From contig CM059425.1 of NCBI GenBank assembly GCA_030390025.1, positions 169,262,001 to 169,326,000 on the forward strand: DNA of 64,000 nucleotides, written 5' to 3'. The notes below the pieces were generated by a model. That model was not told the origin of the DNA, made no database searches, and saw only the letters and a list, made by a program, of their open reading frames with translations. A program made the translations under genes and the position numbers. Source of the DNA: Squalus acanthias (Eukaryota). Of this stretch, positions 35,370 through 49,427 are shown piece by piece. Positions within the stretch are counted from its first letter, which is position 1; every line of letters starts with the position of its first letter.

Positions 35370-36035
35370 TATAGGAACAGGACCAATGTTCCCGTTAAGC
35401 TGCGTGGCCACATCTGGAGGTCCCGTGCAGGCTGCTTTCCGGCTTTACAATAGGAAAAACCATGCATGCATGGAAATTTGAATCGGCCGCACAGCCCGTT
35501 ATAGGAGCCGGCACCCAAAAAAAAATAAAGGGAACAATGAACAGGAGAAGGCCATTCAGCCCCTTGAGCCTGTCTGACATTCAATTAGATCATGCCTAAT
35601 CTTAACTCCATCTACCCGCCTATGTTCCGTAACCCTTAATATCCTTGCCTGACAAAATCCTATCAATCTCAGTTTTGAAATTTTCAATTGACCAAGTCTC
35701 AACAGCTTTTTGGGGGGGGGAGAGTTCCAAATTTTCACTTTCCTTTGTGTGAGGAAGTGCTTTCTGACATCACCCCTGACCAGCCTAGCTCTAATTTTAA
35801 GGTTGTGCCCCCTTGTTTTTGAGTCTCCCACCAGAGGAAATAGTTTCTTTCGATCTACCCTATCAAATCCTTTAATCATCTTAAACACTTCAAGTAGATC
35901 ACCCCTTAATCTTCTATATTTAAGAGAATACTAGCCTCGTCTATGTAACCTGTCCTCAGAATTTAACCCTTTTAGCCCCATTATCATTCTGGTGAATCTG
36001 TGTTGCACCCCATCCAAGACCAATATATCCTTCCT
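35370..36035 (-). mobile_element. CR1 3' fragment
   Basis: FKMIKGFDRVDRKKLFPLVGDSKTRGHNLKIR plus 3' UTR. Confidence 0.85.
35384..35539. mobile_element. hAT-type MITE (156 bp)
   Basis: TIRs CAATGTTCCC / GGGAACAATG; 8-bp TSD AACAGGAC / AACAGGAG, inside a CR1 3' end. Confidence 0.75.
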
Positions 36036-37460
36036 GAGTTGAGTAGTAGGAGTAAAACCCAACAACTAAAAGCAGTGTTTTCAAGGGAGTCAGGAAAGGG
36101 ATCAGTACAGGTGAGTGAGCTGCTCTGAAGAGCAGCTGTAGTGTGGTGAGGAGCATACAAGATTAGCGGGAGCTCGAGGAGCCCGCCGAACCCAGTCCAA
36201 TGAAGGGTGTTTATTGGACTTCTAAAGATGGATGGAACAGAGTAGGGTCAGCGGCTACAGGAAGGAAGTGGATAGCAGAAATGCAGAGATTATTCAGCAG
36301 CATCGGAGCAGAATCCCAGGCAGGATGGGAACCAGCAGAAATGGATCAGAGCAAGCCCAATGTAATGTGAAAAACCCAAGCAGAGGAGCAGAAACTGAGC
36401 CCACAGAAACAGCTCAGCAGAGAACAGTCTCAGTAGAAAGCAATGGCTGTCAAAATAAAACCAAGAGTCATTGGAGAAATAGAATTCAGCCCAGGAGATA
36501 GTGGACTTCTGTCACAGGATCTGACATAGCGCAGAAGAAAGATAGTGATCATGATGCAAGACCAGCAGAATCAGAGTAACCACTACAGGAAGCAACCTGG
36601 ATTTGGATTCTTACATTGAGGCTTGCAAATCAATTGATATGAACTGTTCCATGAAGTCCCATTCTTTATACAAATAAACATACAAATGGAAATGTCCATC
36701 AGGTCCACCAAACCCACCCTATCCTGTTAAGGGTGCCACCTTGTACAGCAAGGTTTTAACTAAAATTTAGCATGAAATTGGCTTCTCCAAATCTGCCATG
36801 GTGCACAAGGATCCAAAAACAGTTTCACTCACAAAAGTCATGGTCCAGCCCAATCCAATACAACCATCACAGAAGTAATTGACGTGTCTGAGGCTGATGT
36901 CCAAAGGAAGGGCCAAGCCATTCATTTTACGGGATTTGTCTAAACATGCGCTTGATTGTTAGTTCAAATTCAGCAGCCAGCCAGCCAATTCACTTTAGTT
37001 TCAATTTTATTGCTGCTGTTTTTGTTATAAAGGTAATAGTACAAATAAAACAATGACTGCAATTTTCATTTGATGTATTGTTTGTGTAATCTCCATTATA
37101 ACCCTCTTGAAAGGTGTAAATGGTTTCTTCTGCTTGGTGTCACTTCCTTGTCCTGAGATGCTGTTTCTTGCTGAAGGTTGCATTCTTCTGCAAGAGAACA
37201 AGAATAAGCATTTAATGAGTGGATATTAGTATTGCTTTCCCATCCCATGCTCCCCAGTGGGTGCTTTCGCTCAGAGGGCCGAGCATCTTCTCTTTCTCTC
37301 TTAATCCAATCTTTCTTTCCCTCTATTTATCTTTTCGTACATACTTCAACTAACTCACCCTATTTCCTTCTCCATCGTTCCTTTATTTCTTTCTCACACC
37401 TTAAATCTCATTGGTTAAAGAGATAGACTGCTGGTCCCGTTGTTCACCAAGGTCCCAGAT

Positions 37461-38568
37461 TTTTTTTTATTCGCTTATGGGATGTGGGCGTCACTGGCAA
37501 GGCCAGCATTTATTGCCCATCCCTAGTTGCCCTTGAGAAGGTGGTGGTGAGCCGCCTTCTTGAACCACTGCAGTCTGTGTGATGAAGGTACTCCCACAGT
37601 GCTGTTAGGTAGGGAGTTCCAGGATTTTGACCCAGCGACAATGAAGAATCGGCGATATACTTCTAAGTCAGGATGGTGTGTGACTTGGAGGGGAACTTGG
37701 AGGTGGTGGTGTTCCCATGCGCCTGCTGCCCTTGTCCTTCTAGGTGGAAGAGGTCGCGGGTTTGGGAGGTGCTGCCGAAGAAGCCTTGGCGAGTTGCTGC
37801 AGTGCATCTTGTAGATGGTACACACTGCAGCCACGGTACGCCAGTGGTGGAGGGAGTGAATGTTTAAGGTGGTGGATGGGGCGCCAATCAAACGGGCTGC
37901 TTTGTCCTGGATGGCGTCAAGCTTCTTGAGTGTTGTTGGAGCTGCACTCATCCAGGCAAGTGGAGCGTATTCCATCACACTCCTTACTTGTGCCTTGTAG
38001 ATGGTGGAAAGGCTTTGGGGAGCCAGGAGGTGAGACACTCGCCACAGAATACCTAGCCTCTGACCTGCTCTTGTTGCCACTGTATTTATGTGGCTGGTCC
38101 AGTTAAGTTTCTGGTCGATGGTGACCCCCCAGGATGTTGATGGTGGGGGATTCGGTGATGGTAATGCCGTTGAATGTCAAGTGGAGGTGGTTAGACTCTC
38201 GCTTGTTGGAGATAGTCATTGCCTGGCACTTCTGTGGCGCGAATATTACCTGCCACTTATCAGCCCAAGCCTGAATGTTGTCCAGGTCTTGTTGCATGCG
38301 GGCATGGACTGCTTCATTATCTGAGGAGTTGTGAATGGCACTGAACACTGTGCAGTTATCAGCAAACATCCCCATTTCTGACCTTATGTTGGAGGGAAGG
38401 TCATTGATGAAGCAGCTGAAGATGGTTAGGCCTAGGACACTGCCCTGAGGAACTCCTGCCGTGATGTCCTGGGGCTGTGATGATTGGCCTTTAACCACTA
38501 CAATCATCTTTCTTTGTGCTAGGTATGACTCCAGCCAGTGGAGCGTTTTCCCCGAGTCCCAATGACTT
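37461..38568 (-). mobile_element. LINE family B, 5'-truncated
   Basis: GVPQGSVLG...MFADN...HHHLLKGN*; possible TSD CAGAT at 37456-37460 and 38569-38573. Confidence 0.9.
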
Positions 38569-39944
38569 CAGATGTCCCAATAACTTTCGCATCTTCCAGC
38601 AATTTGCAGTGCAGGGTCAGAGAAAAGGTTTAACTAATGGGGTACACCATGAGATGCCCCACTCCAGCAAATTGTGCACTGCCTGAGTGACACACCACTC
38701 TTCTTCCTAAAGAAACAAAAAAGTCTGGCAGACATTCTTTCCTCAATACACTGCCCCTTTAATTCAGTACCAGGAATGTATTACATTTCATCATATGAAT
38801 GGAACATTTTTGTTTCATGTACAAGAACAGAACTACATAAAGTAATTTCATAATACTTTATTTCGCCCCTGTTCTGCTGTTGTGAACCTAGGTGCTCCTG
38901 GGCTAAATAGTTTTAAAATGATACTGGTTTACTGTCACAGCAAAATTGAAACATAAACAATCTAGCAGATACATTTTAGAGTAAATATCATCTCTAATCT
39001 TGGATCTTTAGAGAATGTGTTTTTAAATTGTGTTTTGGGAAAATGCACATTATTTTATGAAGGTAGAGATTAGTTCCAATGACAGTATCAGACAAAGAGA
39101 ATCTTTGTGAGTTTGAGAGAAGAAAAGGGGTAGATTAGCAGACATGGTGTGAGACAGACAAGGAAAGAGGGTAGATCAGCAATGTCGTGTGAATGTGCTA
39201 CAGACAGAAAGAGTGGTGGATTAGCCGAGGTGTGTGTGAGTTGGAGCGATAGATTACTAAAATTGTGAGACGGCAGAGTAACAGTTGCAGACTTGTCAAA
39301 GGTGAGACCGAGGCAGCGAAGGGAGGCACATTCACAGAACTATATGCAAGAAGGAGCAATAAGTTTACAAGCAAAGATAGAATGAAGGAAATAAATATAC
39401 AGCTGCAAACTGCATCAAAGGAGGTCGCTACCTGAGTCTACACAATCATCCAGGTTCTTGGCTCCTGGCTGCAAATGAGGAAGAAGTTTGCTGGTACTAT
39501 ATTGGAAAGAAACTGATGGCATGAACCTAAGGTGGGAACCATTTGAGACGAACCATTTCAAGCATTGTACAAAGCCATTGCCCTTTTAGACACACTCTTT
39601 CATTATGCCGAAGCTATATGGAACTCTTACAGGTAAAATTGAGCAACTATACACCAAACAAATGCTCAGGCTTCCTGGATAATGAACATTGATATACATA
39701 ATGATTTTGATGTGATCAGGTACCACCTGAGTGCAAACACTTTCTTTGCTTGTAGGTTATAGGATTGATATGAAGAGCCCTGATACACACACGGTGCCAT
39801 CTGTAGCACCTTGAGCTCATGGAAAGCTCATCCAGATGATACATCCATAGGGAAAATGATGAAGATGTTGCTCCTTGTGAACACAGCACTATCACTTACT
39901 TGATACAAGTGTGCAGGGCTTTGCTGAGACCACATCTGGTCAGA

Positions 39945-40320
39945 CTGCTTGATCTGTGGTGGCTTAGAAGAATGCGGAAGCATGAAATTTTCATGCTATG
40001 GTAACCGTCACTTCTACAAAAGAGCTGTTCCAGATGTTGTCTGTAAGTCATCCCATAGCAGTTGGTACAACTGTGTTGCAACTGCTCTTGTGAAGAGACA
40101 TTGGCGGAGACAGGTCTCCTCTGACATATCCAGGTACATGTGGAAGAGTCTATGAAACCGGGTCCCAGGGTCATGATGGATACAGATTTAATGCCTCGTG
40201 GATTGTTGTACCTCCATTTGGTGGCCCCTCATTAACTTATTTTCCTCATCTGAAGCATTCCGCATATTCAGAAACTGGCAAGGAATGCCCATGCTTATCA
40301 CTTAATATGGTGCCATTTAA
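39945..40320 (+). pseudogene. Highly degenerate Harbinger transposase relic
   Basis: MKFSCYGNRHFYKRAVPDVVCKSSHSSWYNCVATALVKR resembles the transposase HTH region, followed in order by PRVM, VDC and NWQG...SLNM fragments. Confidence 0.5.
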
Positions 40321-42009
40321 ATACCTATAGCAAACAGGAGTCCGAAGGAAAAAATTGGCAGCAAATAAACCTCAAAATGGCAGCACTCCTAGCAAGAACC
40401 ATTAATGCATGGAACAAAATGTGGAAACATTGTACAGGAAATATATTTTAAAAAATGCTGAATGCCATAAAATCTACCTACCTTTAAGAAGCCTGTTTGA
40501 ACATGCTAGACCCCAGGATCATTGATGTTCCCAGCTGGGCTTGATACATGGCATAGTTGGTTCCTCATCCAAAGTAGGGAATTTGGGTTATAATGGAGAT
40601 TGGATAGAATTAAGAACATAAGAAATAGGAGCAGGAGTAGGCCATATGACCCTTCGAGCCTGCTCCGCCATTCATTAAGGTCATGGCTGATCTTCGACCT
40701 CAACTCCACTTTCCCGCCTGATCTTCATATCCCTTGATTGCCCTAGAGTCCAAAAATCTATCTATCTCAGCCTTGAATATACTCAACGACTCAGCATCCA
40801 TAGCCCTTTGAGGTAGAGAATTCTAAAGATTCACAACCCTCTGAGTGAAGAAATTCCTCTTCATCTCACTCTTAAATGGCCAACCCCTTATCCTGAGACT
40901 ATTTCCCCTAGTTCTAAACTCTCCAGCCAGGGAAACAACCTCTCAGCATCTACCCTGTCAATCCCCCTCAGAATCTTATATATTTCAATGAGATCACCTC
41001 TCATTCTTCTAAATTCCAGAGAGTATAGGCCCAATCTACTCAAACTTTCCTCAGAGGACAACCCTCTCACCCCAGGGATTAATCTAGTGAATCTTCGTTG
41101 CACCGCTTCTAAGGCATGTATATCCTTTCTCAGATAAGGAGACCAAAACTATGCACAGTACTCCAGATGTGGTCTCAGCAAAGCCCTGCACAATTGTAGT
41201 AAGACTTCCTTACTCTTGTACTCCAACCCCCTTGCAATAAAGGCCAACATGCCATTTGCCTTCCTAATTGCTTGCTGTACCTGCATGCTAACTTTCTGTG
41301 TTTCCTGTACGAGGACACCTAAATCTCTCTGAACACCAACATTTAATAGTTTCACACCAGTTAAAAAAATATTCTGTTTGTCTATTCTTCCTACCAAAGT
41401 GAATAACCTCCCATTTCCCCACATTATATCCATCTGCCACCTTATTGCCCACTCACTTAACCTGTCTACATCCCTTTGCAGACTCTTTGGGTTTGATTTT
41501 GCCAGGCCCGAGGAGGCGGGATTGGCGGCATGTGAGGTGGTAAAATCTCAAAAAAAGGCGGGTGGACCCAATCCCGCCTCCGTCCCGCCTCCGAGCAATT
41601 TTTCCACATGCGTGTTTTCTGACCCCGTTTCCATCCTGCCTCCAAGAGGCGGGATAGGCCCTTAACAACCACTTAATTGCCGCTATAATCCCATTTTGAG
41701 AGGCCTTTCTGATTTTAACACTTTTCCCACATGCTGCACATCTCCTCTGGAACACGGCAGTGAATCCTGGCGGCATCACAAGTGGATTGCTTACGAACAG
41801 CTGCAGCTCCACCGTTAAAAAGGAGTTTTCAGCAATCATCATTTGCAGGTGGCAGAACTTTGTTGTCTCAGGTCTGGGGGAACTTTTAGCAGGCATACCC
41901 ATTGTTGTGGAAGTTTGGAGCCTGACACCCATCTCCAGTGTGACCTCCTGGGAAACCCCTCTCCCCACCTTGACTGAGCGCTTCCTCAACTGAGGTATAT
42001 ACCAGAAGC

Positions 42010-43239
42010 ATGGGAACCATTTATTTCCTTTCCTCCTGGACATCAGATTTGGACGAAGACCAGCCGCGGCAGCAGCAGAACCCTGAACAACAGCAGCACC
42101 AACTGCAGGAGCAACAGCAGGAGCTCCAAGCTGCTGCTCACCCACCTGAAGCTGCACAGGCCAGAAGGTGCCAGCGCATGGAAGCACGTCGGCGCAGGAG
42201 ATACCCCCAAAACAGGGTCTACAGACAGAGGATCAGCTACCTCAACATGACTGAGCAGCAGTGCCAAATGAGGCTCCGACTTTTGCGAGAGGTAGTGGGT
42301 GACATCTACGCAATGCTGCAGCAAGAGCTGGAGCCCAGAGGAGCAGGTGGACACCCCTTACCAGTGGCCGTCAAAGTCACCAACGCACTCAACTTTTTTG
42401 CTTCAGGCTCATTCCAGGGATCAGCAGCAGACATCAGCGGCATCTCCCAGGCGGCCGCACACACTTGCACCACGCAGGTAACCTCTTTGCCATCGCTCAT
42501 AATTACATCAGTTTCTCCAAGGATCAAGCCAGTGTAACTGTGCTTGCGGTTGGGTTTGACAATCTGGCAGGCTTTCCAAGGGTGAAGGGCGTCGTTGACT
42601 GCACACATGTGGCCCTTAAGGCACCCCATCACAATCCAGGTATTTTTGTCAACCGCAAGGGCTTCCACTCCCTCAACGTACAGTGACCACAAGAAGGAAA
42701 TTTTGCATGTTTGCGCCAAGTACCCTGGCAGTTGCCATGACTCCTTCATCCTGCGCCAGTCTAGTGTGCCTCCGCTCTTCAGTCCGCCAGACCAACTTTT
42801 CGGATGGCTACTTGGAGACAAGGGCTATCCCCTGAAGACGTGGCTAATGACACCGTTGAGGAGCCCATCCAATGAAGCTGAGGAGCGCTACAACTCCAGC
42901 CACATTTCCACCAGATCCATAATCGAACAAACCATCAGCTTGCTGAAGATGCACTTCAGATGCCTGGATAGATCAGGTGGAGCCCTGCAGTACTCAGCAG
43001 CCAGGGTCTCCAGAATCGTCGTGGTCTGCTGTGCACTTCACAACATGGCACAGCATCGTGGTTTGCAGATGCCTGAGGAACAAGTGGCTCATCACATAGC
43101 CTCCTCAGATGAGGAGGAGGAGGAGGAGGAGAGCGACAACGAACAGCTTGCAGAGGCGCATCAACCAGCGGCAGCAGCATGCGAGCACATTGCTGCCCGG
43201 GATACAAGGGACGCATTCATCTTGGCCAGATTTGCTTAG
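42010..43239 (+). pseudogene. HARBI1-like DDE transposase of element A (frameshifts near 42480 and 42684)
   Basis: [78 protein letters not shown]. Confidence 0.9.
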
Positions 43240-43494
43240 CCTAGACAATCAAGCACTTTTGCCTCGCAGCTTCTTACCAGACCATCGACAATGGCCAAGA
43301 ACCTGCAGATTCCTATCACTATGACCACCATACTGACAATTGCAAGTCACCCTAAGCCCTCAATGTGGAAGTCCCATTTGTGAAATGACACATGCCACAA
43401 CTTCAACAGTTTGACATCCGCATTTTTTATCACAACAAGCAACTGATGCCATTTCAAAAATAAACATATGACACCCAAGTGTCTACCCTTGTGA

Positions 43495-45460
43495 CTACTT
43501 GTGCATTATCTTCCTCTTACGCGTGCTCCTATGTGGTGCTTCCCCTGTGGCTTCAGCAGATGTGGAGGCCCCTTGCTCACTTTCTTGCTGCTCCTGCCTC
43601 AACACCTTTGGTGGGCGTCCTCTGGGGTTGCGAGCCTGTGAGTGCTCGGCAACAGTCTGCTGCTCCTGCGGCTGTTCAGGGGTTGAGACGCCGATCTCAG
43701 TTGGGTGGAGACTCTGGTGGGGCTCTGACCGAGGACTCTGCAGTGGCATGGTCATGTGAGCGCTTGGAGAGGAGCCCCCACTTCCTTGTTGTCTGCCACC
43801 AACATCCCTTTCATGGGTCAGCCCCACTTCAGACCTAGCAAGTGGCTGGACAGCCCCTTTCTGCACTTCAGGGGGGCCATGAGGACCCGTTTCTGCGCAG
43901 GAAGTCCTACTCCAGAGGACTTCCATGAAGGTCTGGTTTCTCTGCTCAATAGCTGACCATCGCTCCTCAAGAGATGTCAGTCTATTCTGAACAATGACCA
44001 TGTTTTCACGACCCTGGCGACTAAGCTCCTCCATGGCCGTAGCCATCCTCTCCTCTATGGTAGCCATCCTTTCCACGGAGGTTGCCATCCTTTCCGTGGT
44101 GATGTGTTCATGCGCCAACGCCTCCACAAAGGCTCTACTCATGTTAGCGATGGACTCCTCCATTCGCTCCACACTCGCAGCGACCCTGGAGACAAAACTT
44201 GCCAGAGACTCCTGCACTTGTTCCTGGAGTTCCAGCACCGCTCTTCTTCTGGATGGACCCGGAGGCACAGGGTCGAGATGCAGCCGAGCCGAGCTGGCAG
44301 AGTCCTGCGCCCTCCGACGAGGACTCTCCACTGCTGTCCCTGTCTCCACCATCTGCTGATGCTCACTTGTGAGCTGTGATACACCAGGTGACAACACTAC
44401 ACTATCTCGCGCAGTTCCCACTGAGGTGTGAGTGTCTGCGCTGGTGCTGGGTGCGCTGAATTCTGCTGACGCTACGCCTTCAAAGGTTGCAGCTTCCCCT
44501 GAGGAGTCTTGAAGCTCAGGCTCTTCCTCTTGGACAGTGGGGACGGGGGCTGTCGATGGTCCTGTGGGGGAGTAAAGGAAAGAGTTTGAGATGTGAGGTA
44601 AAGTTTGCATGCACATTGAATTGTACAGATGATCATAAGTCAATCTGTTAGACGTTCAGAATCATTATCAGTTACTCATGCAATGCCAATGAGAGATATG
44701 CAAAACTATTCTGTCACCAGCTTGCTGTGATGCACCCGTCTGTCCGTCCCCCACTTGCGCATCCTCCTCCACTCCCATGATCTCCAGGGCCGTCTCCTCC
44801 GCAGTGGTGAGCTGGGCTACTGAGGGTGGCCCTCCTCCTGTCCTCGCCCTCTCCCTCTTATTGTGGGCTCTCTTTTCCTGCAATGAGGGACACAAGTGGA
44901 GTTTGAGTGAAAATGAAGGAGTGAGTGTAGAGATTCCATAGCATAGATGCTTAGAAGGAGACAAAGATGGAGTGAGGTGCCAAGACCAAGGGCCCTCCCT
45001 GTGTGTTGTAAGTTGTTGTCATAGCATCACAGCGATAGGGAGTGTGAGGGCTGCATAGTCGAATAGTTAAGTGAACGTGAACATACAGAGAGAGAGAATG
45101 GGTAAGGGTGCAGGGATGTCAGTGTCAAGTGGGATGTGGAGGAAGAGGTTGGCAAAGCTGAGTGCTGGTGAGGAGAGGCGATGGGGATCAGATTGAGGGT
45201 GATGGGAAAGTCATACTCACTTTTCCTGTGCGGAGAAGGTCATGAAACCTCTTCCTGCACTGCAGCCAGGTTCTGCGGCACATAGACATTGAGTTGACCT
45301 CCTGGGCAACTTGCATCCACACAGCTTTAGTCTGCTGGAGAGGCTTTTTTCTCCCTGAGGAAGGGAAGAGCCCCTCCTTATTTGATCTTGCTCCCTACAC
45401 CAGAGCTTGCAGGGCAGCGTCATCGAACTGTGGAGCACACTTTGGCCTACTGCTGGACAT
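43495..45460 (-). pseudogene. 3-exon Myb/SANT-like gene of element A (45460-45221, 44877-44718, 44561-43495; TAG in exon 1)
   Basis: APQFDDAALQALV*...WMQVAQEVNS...TWLQCRKRFHDL|EKRAHNKRERARTGGGPP; GT-AG introns in phases 0 and 1 keep the frame. Confidence 0.8.
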
Positions 45461-47947
45461 ATTTGCTGAATGAAGCGATCACAACAATGGGCATAAAGTT
45501 TGCAGTCTCCAGAAGAAGCAAGGCTGCTTGCAGGCCTTAAATCCAGCAGCACTGATGACGTCATCGGAGGCGACTTTCAGGATGGAAAGACTAATTGGGC
45601 CAGGGGCTCCCACACGCTGGAAATCAAGTGCCCAATTCGGGGAAAATCGCACTTTTTTCCCACTTCACATCGGAGTCGGGGTCCTGACACGAAAACCACC
45701 TGACACGCCCCAGCCCGCCCCATTGGCAAAATCCAGCACTTTGTGTTCTCCTCACAGCTTACTTTCCCACCTAGCTTTGTATCGTCAGCAAACTTGGATA
45801 CATTGCACTCGGACCCTTCATCTAAGTCATTAATATAGATTGTAAATAGCTGAAGCCCAAGCACTGATCCTTGTGGCACCCCACTAGTTACAGCCTGCCA
45901 ACCAGAAAATGACCCGTTTATCCGTACTCTCTGTTTTCTGTCCGTTAACCAATCCTCTATCCATGCTAATATATTATCCCCAACCTAATGAGGCCTTATC
46001 TTGCGTAACAACCTTTTATGTGGCACCTTATGGAATACCTTTTGGAAATTCAAATATATTACATAAACTGGTTCCTCTTACCCTGCTAGTTACATCCACA
46101 AAAAACTCTAATAAATTTGTCAAACGTGATTTTCCTTTCATAAAATCATGTTGACTTTGCCTAATCATATCATGATTTTCTAAGTGCGCTGTTACCACTT
46201 CCTAAATAATGGATTCCAGCATTTTCCCGACGACTGATGTCAGGCTAACTGGCCTGTAGTTCCCTGTTTTCTCTCTCCCTCCTTTCTTGAATAGCGGGGT
46301 TACATTTGCTACCTTCCAAACTGCTGGGACCGTTCTAGAATCTAGGGAACTTTGGAAGATCACAACCAATGCATCCGCTACCTCTGCAGTCACCTCTTTT
46401 AGAACCCTAGGATGCAGGCCATCAGGTCCAGGGGATTTGTTGGCTTTTAGTCCCATTCGTTTCTCTAGTACTTTTTCTCTACTGATATTAATTACTTTAA
46501 GTTCCTCACTCTTATTAGCCCCTTGGTTCCCCACTATTTTTGGTAAGCTTTTTGTGTCTTCTACTATGAAGACAGATACAAAATATTTGTTTCAAGTCTC
46601 TGCCATTTCCTTATTTCCCATTATAATTTCTCTTGTCTCAGCCTCTAAGGGACAAGCACTTACTTTTGCTGCTCTCTTCCTTTTTACATACTTGTAGAAG
46701 CTCTTACAATCTGTTTTTATATTTCTTTCTAGTTTACTCTCATTCTATTTTCTTCCTTTTTGTCAATCCTTTGATCATCCTTTGCTGGTTTCTAAAGCTC
46801 TCCCAATCCTCAGGTTTACTACTGTTCTTCGCAACATTATAAGCCTTTTCTTTTAATCTCATATTATCCTTAACTTCTTTACCTGGCCACGGATGGATCA
46901 CTTTTCCCATGGAGTTTTTATTTCTCGATGGAATGTATATGCGTTGTGAATTTTGGAATATTTTATCATGTTATGATCACTCTTCTCCGGAGGATCCTTT
47001 ACTATGAGATTACTAATTAATCCTGTCTCATTACACAATACAAGATCTAAAATAGGCTGTTCCCTGGTTGGTTCCACAACGTATTGTTCAAGCAAACTGT
47101 CTCGAATGCATTTTATGAACTCGTCCTCCAGACTACCTTTGCCAATTTGATTTGCCCCGTCTATATGAAGATTAAAGTTCCCCATGATTTTGTATTACCT
47201 TTGTTACAAGCTCCTATTATTTGTTGATTAATACTCTGTCCAACGGTATAGCTACTGTTAGGGGGCCTATAAACTACTCCCATCAGTGTTTTTTGCCCCT
47301 TGTTATTTCTTCTCTCCACCCATACTGATTCTACTTCCTGATCTTCGAGCCAAGATCCTTTCTCACAACTGTCCTTATGTCATCCTTTATTATCAGGGCT
47401 ACCCCCCTTTCCTTTTCCATTTTGCTTCTCTTTTCTAAACGTCAAGTACCCTGGAATATTTAGTTGCCTGGGCCTTATACCAATTGATAATGGATAACAG
47501 AAGATTCTACAAAGAGCATATAAAATACAAGCTGATGAAAGCGCATTGAACTGAAACATTGGGGTGAATTTTAACCTGGAGAACGAGTGGGTTTGGGTGC
47601 AGGGTTAAAGGTGGCAAAAATGTCATCGCGTTGTACGTCGGCTCCAACCCGACAACTTCCGCAATTGACTGGACGTGTTAGTCTGCGTGCGCACAACCCC
47701 CTCGGGAGAGGGGGTTGTTAATCAACACATGTAAATTGCTCAATTAGTACGATATTGACCTACATTTTTGTAATTAACGTTGGGTCCACTCGTTTCCCAG
47801 GCTTCCTGGAACTTGCCAGTGAAAGCAAGGTGAGTACACAGTGGTAATTGTGGGGGCTGAATCAATCTCGGAAATATGCCAATAAATACTCAGTACTCAC
47901 AGCTTCTTTCTTACCTGCTAGTGGGAAAGGGTGTGTTCACAGTACTT

Positions 47948-49351
47948 ATAAATCGTAAATGGGCAGTAGGGGGAGGGGTGGGGCCGATTAGGTACCAAAA
48001 AGGTGACCTTCGCATGGAGGCAGAGGTGCTAAATGAGTACTTTGCATCTGTCTTTACCAAGGAAGAAGATGCTGCCAAAGTCATAGTGAAAGAGGAGGTA
48101 GTTGAGATACTGGATGGGATAAAAATTGTTAAAGAGGAGGTACTAGAAAGGCTGTCTGTACTTAAAGTAGATAAGTCACTAGGACCAGCTGGGATGCATT
48201 CTAGGATGCTAAGGGAAGTAAAAGTGGAAATTGCGGAGGTACTGGCCATAATCTTCCAATCCTCCTTAGATACGGGGGTGGTGCCAAAGGACTGGGGAAT
48301 TGCAAATGTTACACCCTTGTTCAAAAAATGGTGTAGGGATAAACCCAGCAACTACAGGCCAGTCAGTTTAACCTCGGTAGTGGGGAAGCATTTAGAAACG
48401 GCAATCCGGAACAAAATTAACAGTCACTTGGACAAGTGTAGATTAATTAAGGAAAGCCTGCATGGATTTGTTAAAGGCAAATTGTGTTTAACTAACTTGA
48501 TTGAGTTTTTTGAAGAGATAACAGAGAGGGTTGATGAGGGCAATGCAGTTGATGTGGTGTACATGGACTTCCAAAAGGCATTTGATAAAGTGCCACATAA
48601 TAGGCTTGCCAGCAAAGTTGAAGCCCGTGGAATAAAAGGGACAGTGGCAGCATGGATATGAAATTGGCTAAGTGACAGGAAACAGAGAGTAGTGGTGAAC
48701 GGTTGTTTTTCAGACTGGAGGAAGGTATACAGTGGTGTTCTGCAGGGGTCGGTATTAGGACCACTGCTTTTCTTGATATATATTAATGACTTGGACTTGG
48801 GTGTACAAGGTACAATTTCAAAATTTGCAGATAACACAAAACTTGGAGGTATAGTGAACAGTGAGGAGGATAGTGATAGACTTCAAGAGGACATCGACAG
48901 GCTGGTGGAATGGGCGAACACGTGGCAGATGAAATTTAACGCAGAAAAGTGCAAAGTGATACATTTTGAGAGGAGATTTGATAGAGGTGTTCAAAATCAT
49001 GAGGGGTCTAGACAGAGTAGATAGAGAGAAACTGTTCCCATTGGCGGAAGGGTCGAGAACCAGAGGGTACAGATTTAAGCTGATTGGCAGAAGAACTAAC
49101 GGCGACATGAGGAAAAACTTTTTTACGCAGCGAGTTGTTAGGATCTGGAATGCACTGCCTGAGAGGGTGGTGGACGCAGATTCAATCATGGCTTTCAAAA
49201 TGGAATTGGATACGTACCTGACGGAAAAAATTTGCAGATCTACGGGGAAAGGGTGGGGAGTGGGACTAGCTGAAGTGCTCTTGCAGAGAGCCGGCACGGG
49301 CTCGACGGGCCGAATGGCCTCCTTCTGTGCTGTAACCATTCTCTGATTCTA
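47948..49351 (+). mobile_element. 5'-truncated CR1 family A with internal deletion near 48970
   Basis: RT motifs present; jumps from CKVIHF directly to RGDLIEVFK; ATTCT tail; possible TSD TACTT (47943-47947, 49352-49356). Confidence 0.9.
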
Positions 49352-49427
49352 TACTTTTGCTGAGCGGTTACTTTCTACACTTTGGAGGTTTGCTCTACAC
49401 TTTGGATGTCTGATCTCTCAGATCACG

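Larger units (their letters stand above)
41489..45739. mobile_element. Near full-length PIF/Harbinger transposon A (4251 bp)
   Basis: TIRs GGGTTTGATTTTGCCA / TGGCAAAATCCAGCAC (13/16); TSD TTT (41486-41488, 45740-45742); convergent transposase and Myb genes. Confidence 0.92.
40611..47468 (-). mobile_element. CR1 (endonuclease to 3' tail) split by the Harbinger at 41489-45739
   Basis: ORF2 fragments on both sides are colinear across the insertion (...KLGGKVSCEENTK | SLQRDVDRL...); tail (TTCTTATG)n at 40611. Confidence 0.9.

Noticed and set aside
42010..43239. Domesticated host HARBI1 gene
   Set aside because: Frameshifted, bounded by TIRs and a TSD, paired with a Myb gene and inserted in a CR1, so it is a transposon copy.
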